DNA of 64,000 nucleotides from an uncultured archaeon (GTDB taxonomy: Archaea > Iainarchaeota > Iainarchaeia > Iainarchaeales > 1-14-0-10-31-34). The notes under the pieces were generated by a model. It saw only the letters and a list, made by a program, of their open reading frames with translations. It ran no database searches and had not been told where the DNA came from. The position numbers and the translations under genes are program-made. This document shows, piece after piece, positions 38,598-47,249 of the stretch (position 1 is its first letter; every line of letters starts with the position of its first letter). The DNA lies in NCBI GenBank assembly GCA_964608675.1, contig CAZSOZ010000001.1, forward strand, positions 64,001 to 128,000. Direction: 5' to 3'.

Positions 38598-40316
38598 ATG
38601 GCAGACTACTTAAAAGATTTAGTTAAAAAAGCTAAACGAATTAAAACTGAAGGAGACGCAGTTAAACCTAAAGAAAAAAAATCAGAAATAAACGAAAAGG
38701 AAATAAGAAAAAAACTTCTTTTAAATAAAGAAAAAAAAGGAAAAAAACTTGAAGAAGAACTTAGAAAAAAAGTTCCACAAAAAATAAAAGAAAAAGAAAT
38801 AAAAGAAGAACAAGAAACAAAAGAACAAGAAAAAGAAAGACAAGTTTCATCAGTAGAAAAAGAACTTGAATCAATGGAAAAAAAAGAAATTGATTCATAC
38901 GGAGACGTAAAAGTATACGCGGTTCCGGGCAAAATTCTTCCGTATTATGTTATTCCTGTAACCAAACCCACTTTAGGTGAAAGAACAATAATCAATACAA
39001 TAAAAGAAGCAGCAACAAGATTAATTTCAATTGCCCCTTATAGAATAAGAGACCCTGAACAAAGAAGAACTGTCTACAAACAGAGAATAATTGAAATACT
39101 CCGAGCATCAAACGAATTAAACATTCCTGAAAGAAGATTTGATTTTTATGCTGAATCAGTTGTAAGAGAAATGGTAGGATACGGTTTAATTGATCCTTTA
39201 ATCAGAGACGACCAATTAGAAGAAATAATGGTAATCGGCTCAAAAAAACCTGTTTATATTTTTCACAGAAAACACGAAATGATGATGACAAACATTGAAT
39301 TTTTTTCCGACGGAGAAATAGTGGATTTAATTAACAGGATTGCAAGAGAAGTCGGAAGAAGAGTAGATATTTCAGCTCCGTTACTGGATGCAAGATTAGC
39401 AGACGGTTCAAGAGTTAATGCAACAATTCCTCCTGCATCAATTTCAGGTTCAAGTTTAACAATCAGAAAATTCCGGGCAGACCCTTATTCAATAATTGAT
39501 TTAATAAAATATGAAACCTTTGACGTGGAAAGCGCTGCATTCATGTGGTTATGCGTAGAAGGATTAGGAGTAAAACCTGCAAACATTTTAATTACAGGAG
39601 GAACCGGAAGCGGAAAAACAACTACTTTGAATGTACTTGCGTCATTTATACCTGAAAGAGAAAGAATAGTAACAATAGAAGACACAGCAGAATTAAATCT
39701 TCCTTTAGAGCATTTAATTAGTTTAGAGTCAAGGCCTCCGGGATTAGAAGGAACCGGAGAAATAACTTTGGATATTTTAACAAAAAATTCTTTAAGAATG
39801 CGTCCGGACAGAGTAATAGTAGGAGAAGTAAGACACGATGAAGCATTCACTTTATTTACAGCAATGAACACAGGCCACGACGGATGCCTGGGAACAATCC
39901 ATGCTAATTCACCGCAGGAAACACTTGTAAGGGTTACAAGCCCGCCAATGAATGTTCCTGAAGTAATGCTTTCAGGACTGGATTTAATTGTAGTAGAACA
40001 CAGAATTCACGATAAAAAAAAGGGAACAATAAGAAGAATAACAGAAATAGCAGAAGTAACAGGGGTATTAGAAGACAAAACATCAACTCAAACATTATTT
40101 GAAAGAGATGCAATAAAAGACAGATTAATTAAAAGCGACGCAGAAAGCATTTACCTGAAAACTTTAATGAAATTTACAGGATACAACGCAAAACAAATTG
40201 AAAAAGAATTAAAAGACAGAGAAAAAATTTTAAGAAAACTCCTGGAAAAAGAAATCCATGACATGAAAGAAGTAACAGAAGCAATGAGAGAATTCTTGAA
40301 CAAAAGAAGTGATTAA
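38598..40316 (+). CDS. Type IV pilus/Tad secretion ATPase (CpaF/VirB11-like)
   Basis: DARLADGSRVNA, TIRKF, GGTGSGKTT, IEDTAEL, MRPDRVIVGEVR, MNTGHDG. Confidence 0.95.
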   Translation: MADYLKDLVKKAKRIKTEGDAVKPKEKKSEINEKEIRKKLLLNKEKKGKKLEEELRKKVPQKIKEKEIKEEQETKEQEKERQVSSVEKELESMEKKEIDSYGDVKVYAVPGKILPYYVIPVTKPTLGERTIINTIKEAATRLISIAPYRIRDPEQRRTVYKQRIIEILRASNELNIPERRFDFYAESVVREMVGYGLIDPLIRDDQLEEIMVIGSKKPVYIFHRKHEMMMTNIEFFSDGEIVDLINRIAREVGRRVDISAPLLDARLADGSRVNATIPPASISGSSLTIRKFRADPYSIIDLIKYETFDVESAAFMWLCVEGLGVKPANILITGGTGSGKTTTLNVLASFIPERERIVTIEDTAELNLPLEHLISLESRPPGLEGTGEITLDILTKNSLRMRPDRVIVGEVRHDEAFTLFTAMNTGHDGCLGTIHANSPQETLVRVTSPPMNVPEVMLSGLDLIVVEHRIHDKKKGTIRRITEIAEVTGVLEDKTSTQTLFERDAIKDRLIKSDAESIYLKTLMKFTGYNAKQIEKELKDREKILRKLLEKEIHDMKEVTEAMREFLNKRSD

Positions 40317-40318
40317 AC

Positions 40319-41476
40319 ATGGCAAAAAAAATAGACAAACTCAGAAAAATAATTGAAGAAAAAAAAGAAAAAGAAGACCAAAAAAAACAAACAGTAGACA
40401 TGGATGAAGTAGAAAAAATCGTTGAAAGAATGAAAAGGCGTTATTCAGAAGAAGGAAGAGAAATGGAAGAAGTCGGAGGACGCCTAAAAGAACTAAGAGG
40501 AATAATTGCAGAAGGAAAACAAAAAGAATTAGAAGTACAAACAATAGAAGACCTCAAAGTATTCAGGTCTCCGATGGTAAGACAACTTGGAAAATTTTAT
40601 CTTGCATTAAAAGGAATAACCAAGCCAATCGAATCACTAATAAGCAGACTGCCTCAAGTAAAACAATTGAGTTTTTATTTATACAGTGCAAACATGAATA
40701 TTTCAGCAAAACAATTCCTTGCAATAATTACTTCAATTGCATTAATTGTTTTTGTTGTATCAGGAGTTCTTCTTACAACCATAGTATTCATGTTTTTTTC
40801 TGAAGCTCCTTTATTAAGCAAAAGCCTTCTGATACTTCTTGTAAGCTTAATGTTTACTTTTATGACAGTAATAATAGGTTTTTTGGTTCCAAGAAGAAAA
40901 GCAATGACAAGAGGAGACGAAGTATCAAAAGAACTTCCTTTTGCATTAAGGCACATGGCAACAGAATTAAAATCAGGTTTAGGGTTATACAGAACAATTC
41001 AAACAATTGCTTTAGCAGATTACGGAGCATTAAGCGAAGAATTCTCCAGAACAATAAATGAAATAGAAGAAGGAACAGACACAAAACTTGCATTAAGGCA
41101 TTTAGCTTTAAGAACTCAATCCAAAGCATTAAGAAATGCATTAATTCACGTGATAAGAGCATTGAGAACCGGAGGAAACCTTTCAATTATAATGAACGAC
41201 ATAGCAGACGATGTATCATTTGCATTAAGAATGAAAATAAAAGATTTCTCGCAAAAAATGAATTTCTTTGCAACAATCTTTATTTACATGGCAATAGTTA
41301 TTCCAGTATTTATTTCAATTTTAGGAGGCATAAGAATTACTCCAATTCAGTCAGGAAGCGTATTTGAATCACTTCCTTTAGATACTCCGGTTTTAATGGC
41401 ATTCTTTTTAGTTTTTATGCCCATGTTATTGGTTTACTTGATTATATTTATTTCAATGAGTCAGCCGAAGGTGTAA
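40319..41476 (+). CDS. TadB/TadC-like (T2SS F domain) pilus platform protein
   Basis: ELPFALRHMATELKSG, YGALSEEF, TGGNL plus TM helices. Confidence 0.9.
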   Translation: MAKKIDKLRKIIEEKKEKEDQKKQTVDMDEVEKIVERMKRRYSEEGREMEEVGGRLKELRGIIAEGKQKELEVQTIEDLKVFRSPMVRQLGKFYLALKGITKPIESLISRLPQVKQLSFYLYSANMNISAKQFLAIITSIALIVFVVSGVLLTTIVFMFFSEAPLLSKSLLILLVSLMFTFMTVIIGFLVPRRKAMTRGDEVSKELPFALRHMATELKSGLGLYRTIQTIALADYGALSEEFSRTINEIEEGTDTKLALRHLALRTQSKALRNALIHVIRALRTGGNLSIIMNDIADDVSFALRMKIKDFSQKMNFFATIFIYMAIVIPVFISILGGIRITPIQSGSVFESLPLDTPVLMAFFLVFMPMLLVYLIIFISMSQPKV

Positions 41477-41480
41477 TGAA

Positions 41481-42500
41481 ATGACAAGAGTAAGATTATA
41501 TCAAAAAATTGGTTTCTTAAAGAAATCAAAATTCATGAAAAAATACGAAAAATACTTGAATGAAATAAACCTAAAAGTTGACCCTTTATTATGGATGACT
41601 TTATCATTTTTAATTGCATTAATTGCAGGAATTCTTGTTTACCTGCTTCTTGGTTTTCTTTCCCCTCCAACAGATCCAGCACTGGTTGCATTAGGAGAAC
41701 AAAATCCGCCGTTAACTGAATCAATGATAATCATGGTTTTTGTCAGTTTTTTTGTGGTAATAGATTTAATGATTGGATATCCATACATTAAAGGAATAAG
41801 CAGAATAAATAAAATAGAAGAAGAACTTCCTGAAGCATTAAAGCAAATGGCCGACATACTCAAAGCAGGAGGAACATACGAATATGCATTAAGGGAAATC
41901 AGCCACGCAGACTTTGGACCGTTAACTCCAGAACTAGAAAACGTTCTAAGAAAATTAGAAGAAGGAGAAAACTTTGCAGACTCGCTTTCAACTTTATCAT
42001 ACAACATTGATTCAAGACTAGTTAAAAGAAGTGTTACAATAATAATTGATTCAGTAAAAGCAGGAGCAGGTTTAGCAGACATTTTAGATGAAATAGCAGA
42101 AGACATAAGAGACACAAACAGAATCAACCACGAAAGAAGAAGCCAGACATTAATGCAGGTATTGTTTATGGTAACAGCAGGAGCAATAGTCACTCCATTT
42201 ATTTTTGGTTTAATTTCAACAATAGTGGATTTTTTGATTACTTCTTCTTCACAGCTGGCAACACTTCCAACTGAAGTAAAACTAGAAGCAGTTGACTCAA
42301 AATTCCTTTTATTGTATTTGCTTCAAATTTATGTTTTCATTGAAGTTGTAGCATCAAGTGTAATGATTTCTTTAATGAGAGAAGGAAACAAAAACAAAAG
42401 TATTATATATCTGCCAATACTTTTATTTATCGGTTATGTTGTTTACTTCCTATCAAACATTATTTCAAAAGGATTAATTTCCGGAATCGGAGGATTATAA
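41481..42500 (+). CDS. TadC-like (T2SS F domain) pilus platform protein
   Basis: IEEELPEALKQMADILKAG, FGPLTPE, GAGLADIL plus TM helices. Confidence 0.9.
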   Translation: MTRVRLYQKIGFLKKSKFMKKYEKYLNEINLKVDPLLWMTLSFLIALIAGILVYLLLGFLSPPTDPALVALGEQNPPLTESMIIMVFVSFFVVIDLMIGYPYIKGISRINKIEEELPEALKQMADILKAGGTYEYALREISHADFGPLTPELENVLRKLEEGENFADSLSTLSYNIDSRLVKRSVTIIIDSVKAGAGLADILDEIAEDIRDTNRINHERRSQTLMQVLFMVTAGAIVTPFIFGLISTIVDFLITSSSQLATLPTEVKLEAVDSKFLLLYLLQIYVFIEVVASSVMISLMREGNKNKSIIYLPILLFIGYVVYFLSNIISKGLISGIGGL

Positions 42501-42501
42501 A

Positions 42502-42642
42502 ATGGAAAACAAAGCTCAGACTTCAATTGAAACACTTTTAATAATTGCAACAGCCGTAGTAATAGCAGTAGTCGTAGGAGCATTCCTAAAAGGACTTGTA
42601 TCAGGTCCAATAGCACACAAAACAAACGAATTAGCAAACTAA
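42502..42642 (+). CDS. Mini-pilin 1 (46 aa, class III signal peptide); not in ORF track
   Basis: MENKA|QTSIETLLIIATAVVIAVVVGAFLKGLVSGPIAHKTNELAN*. Confidence 0.88.
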   Translation: MENKAQTSIETLLIIATAVVIAVVVGAFLKGLVSGPIAHKTNELAN

Positions 42643-42720
42643 AAAGAAAATATTTATAAATAAAAGTTGAGTTATTACATACAATAAATTTTTATTTAAA
42701 AAAGAAAAAGGAGGGAAAAA
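42642..42720 (+). promoter_or_regulatory. Putative BRE/TATA promoter and strong SD for the main pilin
   Basis: AAAGAAAA followed by TATTTATAAA (42651-42660); GGAGGG at 42710-42715 ahead of ATG 42724. Confidence 0.5.
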
Positions 42721-42723
42721 TAA

Positions 42724-42891
42724 ATGGACAACAAAGCACAAGGAGCATTAGAATACCTGTTATTAATCGGAGGAGCAGTATTAATTGCTGCAGTCGTAAT
42801 TGTTATCCTAACAGGATTAGCAGGAAACAACCCAACACACGCTCAAAACTACTACCACCAAAAATACAACGATCTGGCACATGCAGTTTAA
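42724..42891 (+). CDS. Mini-pilin 2 (55 aa; candidate major pilin); not in ORF track
   Basis: MDNKA|QGALEYLLLIGGAVLIAAVVIVILTGLAGNNPTHAQNYYHQKYNDLAHAV*. Confidence 0.92.
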   Translation: MDNKAQGALEYLLLIGGAVLIAAVVIVILTGLAGNNPTHAQNYYHQKYNDLAHAV

Positions 42892-42906
42892 TTAAAAGTG
42901 TTCTTT

Positions 42907-43071
42907 ATGGACAACAAAGCACAGTCATCACTGGAATACCTCCTGCTTATTGCAGGGGTTGTTCTGGTTGCAGCAATAGTAATAATAACGCTGATTACCG
43001 CAATTAGCACTCCAGAACATTCACAAAGCATTTATCACAATAAATACAATGATTTATCTCATACAGTATAA
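42907..43071 (+). CDS. Mini-pilin 3 (54 aa); not in ORF track
   Basis: MDNKA|QSSLEYLLLIAGVVLVAAIVIITLITAISTPEHSQSIYHNKYNDLSHTV*. Confidence 0.92.
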   Translation: MDNKAQSSLEYLLLIAGVVLVAAIVIITLITAISTPEHSQSIYHNKYNDLSHTV

Positions 43072-43087
43072 AAAAAAATGATTTTTT

Positions 43088-43243
43088 ATGGATAATAAAG
43101 CACAAGGAGCATTAGAATACCTGCTGATTATTGCAGGAGCAGTAATAGTTGCTGCAATAGTTATAGTTGTAATGACTGACGTGACAAAACCAGTGGCAAA
43201 CAAAACAACATGCACTTTGCATAACTGGCTGAACAGTTTATAA
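43088..43243 (+). CDS. Mini-pilin 4 (51 aa); not in ORF track
   Basis: MDNKA|QGALEYLLIIAGAVIVAAIVIVVMTDVTKPVANKTTCTLHNWLNSL*. Confidence 0.92.
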   Translation: MDNKAQGALEYLLIIAGAVIVAAIVIVVMTDVTKPVANKTTCTLHNWLNSL

Positions 43244-43252
43244 GTGATTTAA

Positions 43253-43423
43253 ATGGAAGAAAAAGCACAAGTTTCAATTGAATATCTTTTAAGCGTGCTT
43301 TTCAGCATTGTGTTGGTAATGGCGGCAGCAATACTACTTGATACTTTAAGGGCTTTAGCACAGACATCAAAAGCAACAGTGTTAAGAGTAAGAGAACAAA
43401 CAATCGAAACCCTTATAGAGTGA
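43253..43423 (+). CDS. Mini-pilin 5 (56 aa); not in ORF track
   Basis: MEEKA|QVSIEYLLSVLFSIVLVMAAAILLDTLRALAQTSKATVLRVREQTIETLIE*. Confidence 0.9.
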   Translation: MEEKAQVSIEYLLSVLFSIVLVMAAAILLDTLRALAQTSKATVLRVREQTIETLIE

Positions 43424-43435
43424 GGGAAAAAAAAA

Positions 43436-44578
43436 ATGAATCCTTTTATTTTTTCTTATTTTTTTGTTTCACTAATCATACTTTTAGTTGGCTCTTACAC
43501 TGATTTAAAAGAAAGAATGATTTCAAACAAACTGACTTACGGAGGAATAATAATAGGAATTTTAATTCATTTAATTGAATCAATTTATTTAAATGATTAT
43601 TTTATTGCTGGAACCGCAATTGGAATTACAATTGCAACATTTGTTTTTTCGTGGGGTTTATGGAAAATAGGAGTATGGGCAGGAGGAGACGTAAAACTAT
43701 TTACGGCTTTAGCTGCATTAAATCCATTCAATTTAGGTTTCATAAGAGACTTAATTGGTTTGCAAAATTCACTGCTTGCATCAATTGCTGTTCCAATTTT
43801 TCCGTTAACTCTGTTTGTTTTCAGTATTTTTTCAATGCTTCCATACGGAATGCTGTTAAGCATTAATGCATTAAAAGAAAAAAAAGAACTAAGAAAAGAA
43901 TTAATGCATGAATTAAAAGAAAAATTATTTCAGGCAATAAAATTAGTTGCATTAATTACAGGATTAAATTTTGTTTTAATTAATGTTTTTGGAATTTCAA
44001 ACGGAATACTGTTATTTGTATTAATAATTGTTTTGCTGATTGCTTCAGCAAAACTTAACTGGAAAATCAGAACAATAATAATTATTGTTTTGTTTGGTTA
44101 TGCAGTTTACAGTGACTTTAGTAATGCAATTAAAAACTTTTTAATTGGAACAACAAGCCTTTACGCAATATATGTTTTACTAAAAATGTTTTCTTTCAGC
44201 AGAACGCATGTATTAAAGAAAAAAATTAATGTAAATGAATTAGAAGAAGGAATGATTCCTGCAGTATCTTTATATGAAGTACAAGGAAAAATAATTCAAA
44301 AAAAACCTTTAAGCATGGCAAACATTATTAAGTACGTTAGAGATAATAATTTAGAAGCATTAATGCAGGGATTTCAGCCAAAAGGAAAAGAAATTATTTC
44401 AACAAAAAAAGCCGCAGGAATAGAAAAAAAAGAAATACAAAAAATAAAAAAATTAGCAGAAGAAAACAAAATTCCAAAAGAAATAGAAATAAAATTAACT
44501 GCGCCAATGATTCCTGCAGTATTAATAGGGTATTTGCTTGTTAATTTGACAGGAGATTTAATTTGGAATTTACTATGA
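43436..44578 (+). CDS. A24 prepilin peptidase, long EppA-like form
   Basis: SYTDLKER (first Asp), WAGGDVKLF (GxGD-type), extra TM helices, ELEEGMI and APMIPA C-terminal motifs. Confidence 0.9.
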   Translation: MNPFIFSYFFVSLIILLVGSYTDLKERMISNKLTYGGIIIGILIHLIESIYLNDYFIAGTAIGITIATFVFSWGLWKIGVWAGGDVKLFTALAALNPFNLGFIRDLIGLQNSLLASIAVPIFPLTLFVFSIFSMLPYGMLLSINALKEKKELRKELMHELKEKLFQAIKLVALITGLNFVLINVFGISNGILLFVLIIVLLIASAKLNWKIRTIIIIVLFGYAVYSDFSNAIKNFLIGTTSLYAIYVLLKMFSFSRTHVLKKKINVNELEEGMIPAVSLYEVQGKIIQKKPLSMANIIKYVRDNNLEALMQGFQPKGKEIISTKKAAGIEKKEIQKIKKLAEENKIPKEIEIKLTAPMIPAVLIGYLLVNLTGDLIWNLL

Positions 44579-45072
44579 AAAAAGGACAAACTTCAATTGA
44601 ATTCATGCTTTTAATAGTAATAAGTCTGCTTTACATTCAAACAGTAATCAGCCCAAACGTAAACGAATCATTATTAAGCGTAAGTGATACAGCAAGAATA
44701 GGGGAAGCAAGGCTTGCAACAGAAAAACTGGCTAATGCAATAAACTATGTTGCTGCATCAAACTCTGAAAGCAAAACAACCGTAAACTTGTTTATTCCGG
44801 ACAGAACAATAATTTCGTGCGATGAATCCAACAGAAGAATAAGCTATCAAACTATTATTGACGGAAACATTGCAAAATGCGGAATAATTGACGGAGATCC
44901 TTCAAACTGTGAAAAAGACTTTGAATTAAATCCCAAAATAAACTTAAACTGCCTTACTCCACCGTTTAATGCTTCAGACCAAATTGACTCAAATTATGTT
45001 TCCAATCCAGTAACATTATATATTGAAAGAGATTCAACAGGAAACGTAATAATATTCGGCAACATAAGCTAA
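44575..45072 (+). CDS. Minor pilin (class III signal peptide)
   Basis: MKKG|QTSIEFMLLIVISLL; Cys-containing head, N-glycosylation sequons. Confidence 0.85.
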   Translation: MKKGQTSIEFMLLIVISLLYIQTVISPNVNESLLSVSDTARIGEARLATEKLANAINYVAASNSESKTTVNLFIPDRTIISCDESNRRISYQTIIDGNIAKCGIIDGDPSNCEKDFELNPKINLNCLTPPFNASDQIDSNYVSNPVTLYIERDSTGNVIIFGNIS

Positions 45073-45087
45073 AAAAAGTGATTAAAA

Positions 45088-45459
45088 ATGAAAAAAGGCC
45101 AGTCAAGTTTTGAAGTATTAATGGTTACTTTAGCAGTAATAGTTACTTCCACTTTTATTTTAGGCGGATTTTTTGATTTAGGAGATCAAACATTTGCTTT
45201 AGCAATGCTGAAAGCAAACATAATGGAAGAATTAGACCAAAACAATAATTTTTATGTACTAAAAAAAATTTATTACGAGCAGGCAGACGAACACACAATA
45301 GTATTTGATGTAATTATAGTAGATGATACAATACAACAGAATCCAATCTGCTGGATGGACTTAAATTCATCCGCCAACAAAATAATAAACCAAACAAAAT
45401 ACACTGACTTAACAATTTATGTTGCCTGCGAACCAACAAAAAAACAAGTTTATCCGTGA
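45088..45459 (+). CDS. Minor pilin (class III signal peptide)
   Basis: MKKG|QSSFEVLMVTLAVIV. Confidence 0.85.
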   Translation: MKKGQSSFEVLMVTLAVIVTSTFILGGFFDLGDQTFALAMLKANIMEELDQNNNFYVLKKIYYEQADEHTIVFDVIIVDDTIQQNPICWMDLNSSANKIINQTKYTDLTIYVACEPTKKQVYP

Positions 45460-45466
45460 AAAAAAA

Positions 45467-46033
45467 ATGATTTCAGAATTCCTAAAAAAAAATTTAAATG
45501 AATTCAATTATGGAAACTTTATAGTAAAAAAAATTCATGCAAGCCTCATTTTAATGGTTTTAGCAGGCTTTCTTTTTTATGCAACAGAATTCAAAACAAT
45601 ACTTTTTCTGGAAATAATTTTTTCCTTAATTTTTTTTCATACATTGTTAATTGAAGCAAAAAAAAAGTTTCAAAAAGACTTCAAATACTTTCTGACATTA
45701 TATGGTTTATTTTATTTGGTTGTGCAGGCAATGTGGTTAAACAACTTTATTGTTCCAAAAGAAAACAGAATGGACGCAGGTTTTTTTTTAATTTTTATTT
45801 TGATTGCAATTGCAGTCGGGTTTAGTTTGCTGTTAAAAAAGAAAACCGTTAAAGCAAAAGTTTTGAGTTCAAACGGAAAAATAACTGTAATTGAAACAGA
45901 ATTTGATTTAAAAAGTTTTACTAAAGGAGGAAAACACATAATAAAAACAAAAGAAAAATTCAATGAAGGACAGGAAATAAAAATAAAAATAAACAAAAAC
46001 TTTTTTGGAAAAAAAATTCAAGTAATTCGTTGA
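45467..46033 (+). CDS. Pilus-locus membrane protein (DUF2101-like)
   Basis: 4 TM helices plus small C-terminal beta domain (FDLKSFTKGGKH); architecture recalled for archaeal pilus loci. Confidence 0.55.
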   Translation: MISEFLKKNLNEFNYGNFIVKKIHASLILMVLAGFLFYATEFKTILFLEIIFSLIFFHTLLIEAKKKFQKDFKYFLTLYGLFYLVVQAMWLNNFIVPKENRMDAGFFLIFILIAIAVGFSLLLKKKTVKAKVLSSNGKITVIETEFDLKSFTKGGKHIIKTKEKFNEGQEIKIKINKNFFGKKIQVIR

Positions 46034-46079
46034 TAAACGAACAAAAAAACTTATTTAATTGATTTAAAGCACTATTTGA

Positions 46080-47249
46080 ATGGATTTGCTGTTTCTGGTT
46101 TTATCAGGATGCATTGCAGGAATATTCACTGGATTAATTCCAGGAATACACATGAACACTGTTGCAGTTTCGCTTGTATATTTTTTGCCTGAAAACACTG
46201 ATTTAATTTACTTTATTATTGCAATGAGCGTCATGCATACTTTCATAGATTTCATTCCATCAATTTTGTTTGGAGCCCCTGAAGAAGAAAATTTTCTTTC
46301 AATTTTGCCGGGACACAAAATGCTTTTAGAAGGAAACGGATTAAACGCAATAAAAATAACTGCATTAGGAGGATTAATAGGAGGCATTTTGTCAGTTATG
46401 TTTTCATTTATTTTTGTTTCCTTACTTGAAAAAATTAAATGGATTATTCCAAAAATAATTCCGTCAATTCTGGTTCTGGCTTTATTGTTAATGGTTTCAG
46501 AAGAAAAAAAATGGAAAAACACATTGCTTATTGTAGTTCTTTCAGGAACACTAGGATTTCTTGTATTAAACGATTATTTTTTTGTAAGAGAACCTTTGTT
46601 TGTTTTAGTTACCGGCTTTTTTGCTTTTCCCTTAGTAATTAATTCTATTTTAAACAAAACACGAATTCCTGAACAAAAAAAAGAAAAATTCAATTTTTCT
46701 TTTCAGGAAATAAAAGGAAGTTTAATGAGTGTTTTAGGAGGAAGCCTTATTTCATTGATTCCTGGAATAGGGCCAAGCATTTCTGCTTTTATTTTAAGCA
46801 AATTCTCTAAATTGAATTCAAAGGCTTTTCTTGCATTGCTTGGAGGAATAAATACAACAAATATTATTTTTTCTTTTTTTGTTTTGATTTCAATTGGAAA
46901 AACCAGAAGCGGTTCAGCAGTAGCAGTAAAACAATTAGGAAACATTAATGAAAGCCAATTGTTTTTAGTCTGCGGAATTATTTTGATTTCATTAATTCTT
47001 GCTTCAGTTTCTGCTGTACTTTTATCTGAATTTTTAATTAAAAAAATCCAGAAAATAAATTACACAAAAATTAACTTGATTGTTTTAATGTTTCTTTTGA
47101 TTTTAGTTTTTTTATTCAGCGGAATAAACGGATTAATTTTATCAGGAATTTCAACAGGAATCGGATTACTGGCAGTAAAAAAAGAAATCAAAAAAAGCTC
47201 CTGCATGAGCTTTTTGATTTTTCCTGTATTAGGGCATTACTTGGCATGA
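46080..47249 (+). CDS. TctA/DUF112-family membrane protein
   Basis: GIFTGLIPGIHMN, HTFIDFIPSILFGAP, LPGHKMLLEGNG, GKTRSG. Confidence 0.88.
   Translation: MDLLFLVLSGCIAGIFTGLIPGIHMNTVAVSLVYFLPENTDLIYFIIAMSVMHTFIDFIPSILFGAPEEENFLSILPGHKMLLEGNGLNAIKITALGGLIGGILSVMFSFIFVSLLEKIKWIIPKIIPSILVLALLLMVSEEKKWKNTLLIVVLSGTLGFLVLNDYFFVREPLFVLVTGFFAFPLVINSILNKTRIPEQKKEKFNFSFQEIKGSLMSVLGGSLISLIPGIGPSISAFILSKFSKLNSKAFLALLGGINTTNIIFSFFVLISIGKTRSGSAVAVKQLGNINESQLFLVCGIILISLILASVSAVLLSEFLIKKIQKINYTKINLIVLMFLLILVFLFSGINGLILSGISTGIGLLAVKKEIKKSSCMSFLIFPVLGHYLA

Noticed and set aside
42724-43243. Repeated ATGGA(C/T)AA(C/T)AAAGCACA...GAATACCT as a non-coding repeat array
   Set aside because: Explained by conserved pilin signal peptides; differences fall mostly at synonymous positions.
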